The notes below the pieces were generated by a model. It ran no database searches, was not told where the DNA came from, and saw nothing but the letters and a program-made list of their open reading frames with translations. A stretch of DNA of 64,000 bases from Vitrella brassicaformis CCMP3155 (Eukaryota; Protista; Chromerida). How positions within the stretch are numbered: position 1 is the stretch's first letter; every line of letters begins with the position of its first letter. Made by a program: the position numbers and the translations under genes. Below, one piece after another: positions 38,501 through 49,297 of this stretch. The stretch lies in NCBI GenBank assembly GCA_001179505.1, contig CDMY01000399.1, positions 22,685 through 86,684 on the forward strand. The letters run 5' to 3'.

Positions 38501-41500
38501 CACGCCAAGGACGCCCTCCCGTCATTCTACGGCGCGCAGATCTGGTACGGCCCCTTCGAGTGGCCCCTGCACGACGCGAGGCGCAAGTACGAGCACAACA
38601 TCCTCAGGATGAGACTCAAGGAGATCAGCATCCACAGGAACGCCGACGAGCAGCAGACACAGCCCACGGCTGACACAGCAGCAGCAGCAGCAGAGGCGGC
38701 CAATGGGGGTGGCAGCAGCAAGGACGGTGGTGGTGGGGGCGGCGCCGACGAAGCAGATAATGACGAGGGCAAGAGGGCGGAGCGAGTCGAGCGGTGGCTG
38801 AAGGAGAGGGAGGGCGAGTTGCTTCACTACCCCCCTCGCGTCTTCCAGATCAACCAGGGCACTCCCTGGCTGCCCATCCCACTGGTGCCCGAGCGCAAGT
38901 CGGCCACACGGACGGCTGCTGAGAGGCGAAGCGCCGAGTCTCACGCGGCACTCGAGGCGATGGCTGGCGAGGTGAAGGAGTACGCCATTCCGGAGCTGTG
39001 TTGCGTGCTGGCGGTACTGCAGCAGCACCAGCACCTCCCGATGGACTCGGAGCGGCTCAAGCAACTCTTTCACCGCTATGGCGTCAACATGCGGTACCTT
39101 GGGCACGTCCTGTCGCGCATCGAGCATACCGACACTCTCTATAATCAGCCTTACACGCACCAGCAGCAGAGAGAGCAGCAGCAGCAGCAGCCCCACTCGG
39201 TGCCGGCCGCGGAGCTGCTGCTGCGGGACATCATAGGGCGGTCGGCCAGCTACCACTTCAGCCGCATTCTCGCCCAGCAGCCCGCGGGCGCCCTTCTCGC
39301 CACAGCGGCACACCTGCTGCAATGCCTCTTCGGTGACAGCGAGCCTGATGCAGAGGCCACCGTGACGGTGCCCATCGAGGCGTCCCTGCCGGCCGCCCTG
39401 CACTCGATGACCCAAGACCGGCTGTGGCGGAGCATCTGCGACCGTGCCAAGAAGCACTTCAGCTACGTGCTGCCGGCGTCTGTCGTCCACTGCACCCCCC
39501 TCAACCGCCACGACGGACGGTTCGCCATCCTGCGGACCATCTGCAGAAAGGTCGGCATCTGCATCAAACACACAGCCCTGCGCAAGGTCGTCAAGCAGTA
39601 CGTTGCACCGTGGCCGTCGCCACACGAGCTGCAACAGGGGAGCGGACCTGACAACAACAAGCAGCAGCAGCAGCAGCAGGCAGCCCCCTCCCCGCCCCCA
39701 TCAGCCACGCCGCCCCCCACTCCCACTCCCACCCCTCCGGCCCAGACAGATGATGGGCTCCCTGTGTCAGAGGAGGCCACCACAGCGGCTCCCGACGGGC
39801 CATCGGCGGCGAGTGACGAGCAGGCCGACATCGACAATGCGACGCTCTCTTTCGAGATGGTGGATGAGCAGCAGCAGGAGAGTGACGACCAGCAGCTGGA
39901 GAGTCATGAGACAGACAGGGAAAGGGACAGGGAGAGGGAGAGGGAGAGGGGCACCGCCAGCCATGGCTTTGTGATCGTGTCGAGCGACTTGGTGGGGATG
40001 GTGCCTGTGGTCAAGTGCGAGGGGTGGGGTGCGCTGCGGTCGGTGTGGTCGGAGATCGTCGCTGCACAGATTGCCGGCATGCAGGAGTTCATGGCGCTCG
40101 CCATTCAGTCCTACGAGAACGCCATCAAACTCATTAATGAAAACGGACGGGCCGTCTCACGGTGAGCAAGAGAGAGAGAGCAGTGAGAGAGACAGAGAGG
40201 GAGGGAGGGAGGGAGGGAGGGTGAGTGAGCCACACACCAACACACACACACACACGTGTAGTCCTGTGTCTGCCTGTCTGTCTGTGTGCATGGCTGCAGC
40301 GAGGGTTACATTTGCCACAGTGGGCTGGGGCACGTCCACATGCACGCCCAGCACTTTGACCAGGCGGCCCATCACTTCGCCACCGCCCTGCTAATTCTGG
40401 AGGCTCTCGAGGGCGCCGACCACCCCGACGCCATCGAGATGCACCAGAACCTTGGGCTGTGCTGCATTCCCATCCTGCAGACCTTCCAGAAGCACACCCC
40501 CCCAGCTGTGTGGAATTCCTACCGACTCCGCTGTCTGCGGCACTTCAAGAGCGCCCTGCTGCTGCAGCGGGTGTGGGCGTGCGCCGAGAACCAGCCCCTG
40601 CCGCAGCTCGAGATCATCTACTTCTACATCAAGGCGGCGTTCATCAGCTTCTCACAACAGGCGCTCGGCCTTAGTGGCGGGACAGAGGGGATGATGGGAG
40701 GGCTGCAGAGGGGGGCAGCAGAGGACCAGCAGCAGGCGGGCGGCCTGGCGGTGATGGCCATCCCTTATGTGCACACGCTGGCCTACTACATGGCCCACAT
40801 GCTCAGAAACGGACAACACGCGATGCAGGACAGAGCCCAAATACGCGTGAGCAAAAGAGAGAGAGAGAGAATGGATGGATGGATGGATGGACACTGTGTT
40901 GTGTGTTGTGTGTGTGGATCGCTTCACTCTGTGGTTCTGTCTGTCAGTACCATGAGTGCCTTCTGCAGGTGTTCCAGCAGTTTGAGAACTACAAGCAGGC
41001 ACTGTACCACGCCCGCCAGCAGCGGACCCTCCTACTCAACATCGTCCCCTCCAAGCACGAGAAGATTCAGGTCAGTGAGGTGCAGTGCGCCTCGGGGAGG
41101 CGCCCCGCCCGTGGTGGGTCAGCCGTCCGGTCACCCAATCCATCGGCAGACGGATTCACCACACCACAGATGTGTGTGTGTGTGTGTGTGTGTATGTTTA
41201 TGTGTTTATGTGTAGGAGCTGGACATGTTGCTGCATCAGCTGACGCGCAAGGCGGTGCAGACGGCCAAGCGGGGCACCCCCTACGGCCCCTTCGCCTCCA
41301 TCGCCACTGGCGGCCCATTCCCCTACCCCGAGTGCTCAACCGAACACCGCACATACCTCCTCAGCAAACTCAGATCCGCACTCGGACAGGCAAGAAAGCA
41401 TAATATATGCGGCCCACTGCAGCCACACGCCCCCCTGTGTCTGTGCGTGGCTGCATGTGTGTGTGTGCGCTCCTCCACTCAGAAGCGGTCGTCTCGTCAC

Positions 41501-41632
41501 AGCCGTGCGGTGCAGCTCAACGCCCGGCCGGACCCCAACGCGCCGCTGGTGGTGCCCGCCGAGGCCATCGCGCCGAACAGGGGCCTCCCGGACAAACTGC
41601 CACCGGGCACAATGATCAAGCTCAACACATAG
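34194..41632 (+). CDS. Clustered mitochondria (CLU/TIF31/CLUH)-like protein
   Basis: Ubiquitin-like CLU_N (LTVELPNG..MSPAATVGELRAEV..RYTDAGVRRHVRRL). SSGFNPPPSSRRLRGEIWYYEALTLEG..HIVATENGF. DWNEELQRIREMP. CVVDYGGVRFLAESLIPG. CESKLFRGTDGRQYLT. MDSERLKQLFHRYGVNMRYLG. RFAILRTICRKVGI. C-terminal TPR-like helices. Confidence 0.9.
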
Positions 41633-42554
41633 CTGATGGATGGATGGATGGAGCAGCCAGTGCATTGTGGTGATCGAGGCGTGTGCATGATGGTGTGCCG
41701 TGAGTGCATCAGGTGATTTTTTCGCTCTGTGTGTCTATGTGTAAGGAATCGGCCGCTCTGTGTGCGTTGGTGCGTGCGTGTCGGCCGACTGTTGACAATG
41801 GGCCCGGCCCCATCAGACAGTCTGATGGCTCATACTCCCTCGTTTTGGCTGCCAAGCTTTGAATCCTTCGGTCGCTTTGTGTGCGTGTCTGTTTGTGTGT
41901 GTTGTGTGCCATTGACGCGTGTGTGCGTGATAAGACCTACCTATCTCAGAAGGCTCTAGGCAGGCTCCTCTTTCTCCCCCACAGACACGTATACGCATTT
42001 CTTGGGTGCGTCGGCCGGCCGGTCGGTGTCCATGGCCGTCAGTGTCTCTGTCTGGGCTGCGTGTATCTGTATGTGTATGTGTGTGTGTGAGACCCATTTG
42101 ACATACAACCAAAATGACTGACAATTCACCTTCATTAATTGCCCACCATATTCACCGCTCACACCGACAGTGACAGCTTGTTGCGATGTGGGGATTAGTG
42201 CACTCTGTGCAGGAGACACGAAGGTCAGTGTGTCTGTCTCAATCAACAGTCTGTTATGTCAACAGAAGAGCCATCCATCGAAATATAAAATGTAGGCAGC
42301 CATGCCGTTGACGGCATCCTCCATCCGCCATCCATCGGCCATGGCAGCCAGGCAGGAGTATCCAGAAGTGGGCGACACAAAGTGGGGGAGGTGGTGGGTG
42401 TGGTGTCTGCTTCCGCCTGTATGCCTTCCTGTCTGTCTGCAGGACACACAGAGGGTGGGCTAGCTGAGCTGCTGGCATCAATCCAATCCCCACACACACG
42501 GCACACAGACGTCGCTGCTGTCGCTGCTGCCCCCGTGCGCCGCGTGGTTGGTCA

Positions 42555-43111
42555 TCATGGGAAGCTCACTGGCGCCAGCAGCAGGAAGCCCGACACCAGC
42601 AGCAGCTGCCCCAGCGGCCATGAAGACATGGCCTCCTCCCTCAGGCTCGTAATGGCGTGCAGCTCAGTGCGGCCCAGACGGTCGATGAGCTGTAGACGAG
42701 GGGACGGCCGGGTAAGTGAGGGTGAGGGCGAGAAGGGGACATTGGCTTTTGGGCGGGGAGGGATCTGTCGTGAGTAGAGAGGGGCGAGAAGGTCGGTCTC
42801 GAGACGCACGGCGCGGTAGGACGGCAGCAGACAGAGCGGTCCAGCAGGAAGGAGAGGGACAAGTAGGCCTCGGCCTGGGTGCGCAGCAAAATGGTCGACT
42901 TGAAGAGGTCATGGTCCTCATCCAAACCTATGCAAGAGCCACACACCGAAGGGAAAGGTGCTTGTGATGTGTGAGCTGAGGTCTCTTCTCTCTCCCTGTG
43001 TGTGTGGTTGCTTTGCTTACCGACTGGTATCATTTCATCGTCGACCTCTCCGTTGACCTGGTTCTCCCCTCCCGCCTCTTCCTCAGCTGGACACACACGC
43101 GGCCCTGGCAC
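42555..43111 (-). other. Possible coding exon fragments of unknown function
   Basis: In-phase junction DEMIPV|GLDEDHDLFKSTILLRTQAEAYLSLSFLL with canonical splice sites; the downstream frame cannot be resolved. Confidence 0.3.
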
Positions 43112-43202
43112 TAAAACTTATCTGTCCTCCCACCCCACCCTCAGACTCACACAACCCCGCTTGTTGCCGGGGAGAAGGCCTTATGGCCGCCCAACACCAA
43201 AA

Positions 43203-43406
43203 CCATCCATCCATCCGCACGGTCACACGCGCGCACACACCCACTACACAGATGGCCTCTATCTCTTCCTCAATGGCCATCAAAGGAAAGGCATCCACTA
43301 CACGACAGACATAAATCACAGCACTCCAGACAAAGGGCATCACACGACAAATCGGTCAGTCAGCCAAACGTGCATTGCAGCACACCCGCTTCACGACAAC
43401 AGACAC
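43203..43406. repeat. ~204-bp direct repeat, copy A
   Basis: Identical to 44417-44620 except one substitution that I could see (ccatcaaa vs ccaccaaa). Confidence 0.9.
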
Positions 43407-44416
43407 TAAAAACGCAGACAGACTGTGTCATCCATCCATCCATTCACCTGTGAGTGTCACGGCGTGTGTGGTGTCGAGTGCAGGTGCCGTTGATCCATCC
43501 GTCGTTCCTTCCTTGCCCGTCGGTTGGCGGTGAGTGAATGAGTGTGTGTGTTGTGCCCTCTCTTCGCGCATGCACACATCTATCTCTCTGCTGCCATGCC
43601 ATCCCATTCCATCCATCCATCCATCCACGTACGCACACCACACACGAGTCATGATTCTGCGTGCATGGGTGCCCTCCCTCGCTCTCACAAACCGCCACCA
43701 TTGCTCGCGCACGTTGCTTTGCCACAGGCAGGCAGGCAGGCAGGCAGACAGCCATCCATATGCACACACACACACACTGCAGACGCACCAGACTCCACCG
43801 CCCCCTTGATTGAATCTGTCTGGAGTGGGTGCTTGGCACGCCACCCACACAGACACACACAGACAATACGCACATGGAAACATCTGTGTGTGTACCAGGG
43901 AGAGAGAGGGGGCTCAGCTCAATTCGGCTTGGCTGTCTGTTTATCAGAGGGGCATGGCAATGTGTGTGGGTGTGGGGGGGAGGTGAGGGCAAGACAGACA
44001 GACACACAGACAGACGAGCAGACTGACTGACTGAGTGGTCGATGGGCTGGCTGCATCGCCACACGAGGCGATGGATGGATGGACGCTGCACATTTCACAC
44101 ACGGCGGCCAAAAGAAAAGTAAAACAGACGGGCAAAGACACTGCAACCCGTCCCCCCATCCATCCGTCCGACCGACAGACTGATCGATTAGCCTCATGGA
44201 TTTTGCCCTCCCATCAGCTCTTCAAGGAAGCGGCCAGAGGAAGGAAAAAGCAGTAATGGGCTGACTGGTTGCGAGGCGGTGTGGGGACGAAACGAAAAAA
44301 CAACAACACGCCCTGCCCGTCCGTCCACCGCTACCCGTCGATCCCCCACTATCTCCTGGAGAGCTGCAAGGTCAGGGAAGCAGTGGACTGACTGACTGAC
44401 TGACGGGCAAGGGAAT

Positions 44417-44620
44417 CCATCCATCCATCCGCACGGTCACACGCGCGCACACACCCACTACACAGATGGCCTCTATCTCTTCCTCAATGGCCACCAAAGG
44501 AAAGGCATCCACTACACGACAGACATAAATCACAGCACTCCAGACAAAGGGCATCACACGACAAATCGGTCAGTCAGCCAAACGTGCATTGCAGCACACC
44601 CGCTTCACGACAACAGACAC
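44417..44620. repeat. ~204-bp direct repeat, copy B
   Basis: See 43203-43406; spacing is ~1.2 kb. Confidence 0.9.
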
Positions 44621-44703
44621 CAAATCTAGAGTGTGTGGTAAGGGGCATCGATCGGCCTGTCTGTCTGTATGGGTGTCTGTCTGTCTGGCTCGATCGGTGT
44701 GGG

Positions 44704-45457
44704 CTAGTTGCGCGCCACACGTGCTGGAGTGCGGCGGAAGGGGTAAGTGCGCTCTGCGTCTTCCGTGCCGTTCTTCCACACCTTCATCTCCCCCTGATGC
44801 CTGGCCGCCCCCCGCCACTCCATCGTGTTCTCGATCTCGGCGCACATCCGGCACCGCTTGCCAGAGTGACCCTCCCCGCCCTGACGCTTCCGCTCTGTTG
44901 CCCGGCATCAGTCATCTCGATGTCTCCAGCACCGAGTGGCCTGTTGGCGGGTGGGCCGCGTCGCACCCGACGGCGTCGGCGACCATGGCTCGGTGTGGGG
45001 TGAGCGGCAGCGGCAGCGGCAGCGGCACCATTTGGGTTGGGTTTGGGGGGCACGGAGTCGTCGTCCACCGGGAACGCGCCGGCAGCGTCGTTGAATGGCT
45101 GCACATGGCGTCTGGCGGCGGCGAGGTCGTCCCCCGTCTCAAACACCACCAAAACGCCCTGAGATTCAGAGGATACATACAATGAAAAGGATGATTGATG
45201 CACGTGCAGCGCACAGAGATGTGTTGGTTGTGTGGGTGTGTACCTCGATGTACCGCTGCTCTCCGAAAAGATACTGCTGGCCGGCCCTTTGGAGGCGATC
45301 GGCGAGTTCGTGGGTGTTCAGCAGGCGGTAGTCGGCTCGGTGGCGTATGGGGTCCAGGTCTCCCCAGAAGCCCCGCTCGAGAGGCCGCACAGGCACGAAG
45401 TGGGGAATCCTGTCAAACGCAGCAGCCAGCAACTCAGTGAATGGGTGTGCCTGTCTC

Positions 45458-45490
<33 letters not shown>

Positions 45491-45987
45491 TGCTTGCTGA
45501 TTGCCGTACGTACGTTTGGCCGTCACCGAGGAGGTCCAGCTGCTCCGTCAGAATGATCCCCCTCACTCGCCCCCGCCCCATGCCCATGAGGGTCTGCAGC
45601 CTCTCGAACACGGACTCGCCACGCACCTGAATGCACGCCAAACACCCACAGGTGCCTGTGCCTCATAGACCCACATAGATGCCACCATACCTGAGCAAGG
45701 CACATGGCCCGCAGTGGGGGGCCCCGGCGACTGCTGAGGTTGATGCATCGGTGCATATTGGTGTTGATTATCACGTCGTAGTCCTCCACTCGGCCCCCGC
45801 TCTCGCTGTGGCGGTAGAGCGGCTCGTTCCCCAGCTGCTCGCGATCGAACAGGCTGTTGATGGCGTACTGGCCACAGTTGAAGTCGAAGACGGGCTTGCC
45901 GTTGGCGATGCGGTAGAGCTCCTCCTGCTCGTACCATGGGAACGATGCGAGCACGGCATTGGGGTCCCGATGTGCAGAGCTACCTCA
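44704..45987 (-). CDS. Hypothetical multi-exon protein, no family recognised
   Basis: Codon-like exons with GT-AG borders: LASFPWYEQEELYRIANGKPVFDFNCGQYAINSLFDR..; VRGESVFERLQTLMG..; DRIPHFVPVRPLERGFWGDLDP..; GVLVVFETGDDL..; GKRCRMCAEIENTMEWR..ARN*. The 5' end is not found. Confidence 0.45.
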
Positions 45988-46177
45988 AAGAACAAGTCGT
46001 GCGCACGAGCGAGGTGAAGCGAGAGGAAATTCTGCACGGATTAACCGATTAACCAAAAAAGGAAGAAAAGAGACTGTCTCGTGTTGCCGCGTTTCTCGAC
46101 ACAAAAAAGCAAGTGGCAAGTTTTTCGCTTTCTCTGCGTCTCTCCGAAAGAGTCTTAAGTTGCCGAAGCCGCGCACG

Positions 46178-46271
46178 ATGATGATATCGATGCGTCGTTT
46201 CAGACTCATTGCCATCCTGTTCGTTGGCCTGGCCGGGATGGGGAAGGCGGCCCAGAGCAACGACGCCTCGC
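46178..46271 (+). other. Orphan signal-peptide-like first exon
   Basis: MMISMRRFRLIAILFVGLAGMGKAAQSNDAS followed by a consensus donor C|gtaagc; the duplicated block starts ~35 nt later. Confidence 0.35.
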
Positions 46272-46712
46272 GTAAGCACAGCGGGACCGACCATGTATCA
46301 TGGCAGATCTGTGTCTGGTGTGTCTAGAGTAGTCGTGACATGACTTGACTGTGAATGGATGGAGGTCTGTGGGCGTGTCGTTCTTTGCTGGCTGGCTGTA
46401 CGTGTTTGGCGTGTGGTGCATGTGCTTTCGTGTTTGCTCTCATAGTGTGGGCGGGCCGGGGGGCCGCGAGGGGCGTGTAACGGACCTCAGGTGTGTGTGC
46501 GGTGTTTGTTTGGTCATGTGTATCACCCATTGTAACTGATCGATGAGTGTAGCTAGCAGTGAGTGCACTTATGGAATGGACGTCACACACAGTTGTGTCG
46601 ATGTATGTGTGTGTATGTGTGGAGACACGTAAGCTTCAAGTGTGTCGGTCCGAAACGTCAACTCAATCGCCCACTCACCGCTAAGCCACCCACCCCCACC
46701 CAGCTAGCTATT

Positions 46713-48771
46713 CTACTGCAGCACGCCAGCCACCTCGCCTGAGGGAAAACAATATGGACGTGAAAACCCGTCATAAAGGCAGACATGCAGCCTCTCATAA
46801 ATGTGTGCGTCTGTCTACCCCTCCGCCCTCTCCCCCCCACTATCACCCTCCAGCTGGCCGACCCCCTTCCCCTCTCCGCCGCCATCGCTGTCTCCATCGC
46901 TACCGATGTCATCATCCTCCCCCACATTCGTCTCCACCTCGTCGGCCTGCACCACCTGGATCACACCCGCCTGCATCAAGGCCTCCAATCGCTGTGCGTC
47001 GACGCGAGTAGGGAAGTGGCTTATGAGACACACGATCGCCTGAATGAATGAAGGGCACACTGACAGTAGTATCCCCGCTACACGTGGGGCTACCTGTAGT
47101 GCGACTCCCATGTCATTGTGTGTTTGCAGCGCCGCCATTTTGTCCACACCGCCCGCCTGCGTGAAACGTAATAGAGGACAGCCGTGTAAATGGTGGTGTC
47201 CACTATCCAATCATTCTCTCTCTCGCCCTCTGACCTGTTCTATCAGCGTGCAGTAGGGGGTGTCGGGGAGGCCCTCCTGCTTCTGACGACCCGCTCTGCA
47301 CACACAAAAGCAGCACACGTCGGGTATCACACACGCGGCAGCTTGTTGACCTACCTTAGTATCTTGTCCAGCAACCAGAGCATGGCTGTAAGTCGATTGT
47401 CATTCTCGCCGTCGAGCAGGTAACAGAGGGGCTGGATGCCGCCGCACTCGACCACATGCTCAACCTGCATTGCACGATTGAACGAGGAATGCACACACAC
47501 ACAGGCCCGTGAGTGTGGGGCTGTCAGCGGTCAGCGGAGGCACCTGTCGCTGCAAACCTCCTCGGACTATATTTCCGATGATCTTCACTGCAATCTCCTT
47601 CAAGTCGGGATCGGTCTCCTCGCCGGCCGCCAGGTCGACCAGCAGCGGCACCAGGTCAGCATCGATGATCGCCTGGAAGTGGGCAGTGCTACCTGTATCC
47701 AAGCAATCCGCACACAACCACGGCCCCACACGTGACGTCGTCGGAATCAGGGAGTGTGTGTGATGATTCTCTCTTACCTTCACCGATGAATTGCACTATC
47801 AGGCACCCCATGACAGTGAAGTCGTCATCGGCCATCTCCAGCAGTGTCTTAATCGAAGTCACGGCGCCACACTCCACCAACGCGTCACGGTCAGCAACCG
47901 TACCTGAGACGGTGGGCAGGCAGGACAAAGCCGACCCTGCATCTCAGGACATTCTCTCAGGCACTCAGGTGTACTGACCGTCTTTCTCGGCGCACCAGCC
48001 GGCGAAGTCCGCTAAGGCCACTCGTGCGGGCTCCAGCACACACTCATCCTGCTGAGGTGCGGCGATCAGGTTGATCAGCAGCGGCAGGAAGGGGGCAAAC
48101 TCGGCCAGAGGAGCAGGAAGGGGCGCATTCTCGGAGACAATCCACAGATTGCGCAGCAGGTGGGCACTCACGGTCAGCATGGCGGCGTTGCTGCTCTCAC
48201 GCATCACCTTCAGCAGCGGCTCCAGGATGCCCGCCGCCACCACGACATCGCGACGGGCCGCCGATCCGGCCGTGACGTTGCACAGCGTCGCTATGCCCCT
48301 TCCATGCACATCGTCATCGGGTGACGACAGGAGCTGCACGAGGGGCGGGACCGCACCCGCATTGACCACCGCATCGCCATTCTGAATCGCCAGCACGCTG
48401 AGGGCCTGTCCTGCTGCGGCCTGCAAATCTTCGCACTCACTCAGCTGCTCCACCAACAGCGGCACCACACCGATGTCCACAGTCTTCTGCCCGATGCCCT
48501 CTATATGCTCGATGAACAGCAGCCCGGCGAGCTGCCGCACGGCCTCAGTCCGAACCTGCGGATCACTGGCCGACGCCATGAGGTAGCAGATGTCGGTCAC
48601 GACGGCGGTGATCTCGGCCCCGACGGACTCCAGCCCTCGCTGCTGGACGGCCTCGTCGTATGCCTCCTTGGTTTGGATGGCATTGTAGAGCTTCCTCGCC
48701 TTGGTCAGCACTGCTTGGGGGGGTGGATGGCCAGCTGTGGTGCAGGCGGCATCGGCTGTGCAGTCCTCCAT
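46713..48771 (-). CDS. Importin-alpha-like ARM-repeat protein, copy 2 (intact, no IBB domain)
   Basis: Open through all hand-spliced exons: VNAGAVPPLVQLLSSPDDDV..IATLCNVTAGSAARRDVVVAAGILEPLL; GSTAHFQAIIDADLVPLL..KEIAVKIIGNIVRGG; VEHVVECGGIQPLCYLL; PYCTLIEQAGGVDKMAALQTH. Confidence 0.85.
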
Positions 48772-49297
48772 TGCCTCACACTGCAAAGACCAACATACAC
48801 ACAATGTGCAGACTGGTCCACGGCTGCTCTCTGCCGTCCTTCTGACCTAGTCAGTGCTCGGCGGCCCTTCACTTTGGTCCCGCCCTCCGGCTGCTGTCCG
48901 GTGCAGATGTCACAGCTCACATCTGCAGAATCAAAGACACCACGAAATCAGATTGGATCAGGGCTGCCCGTGGATGCTTTCTGGTCCCCGCTCATGGCTG
49001 CTCACTCACCGACAGAGATCTCCTCCACAGGCCGCGAGATGGACCGCAGCTGGCAAGGCACTCAACACCGAAAGAGAATACAACACGCCTCTGCAGAGGT
49101 CTTGGCGGCTCACGGGAAGGACATCTCCATCGCCAGCTTCCGAAAACGCCTTCACTTCCTCCCCTTTCAAGCTCACATCCATCCTAGGCCCTTTTCGTCG
49201 CTTCCAGCGCTTGTGATGCCTTCCATAGGGCAGCTGGAGCCCCATCAGACACAAACTGATGGTTTCAACTCATCGCTGAGGCCCATCGCAGGGCATC

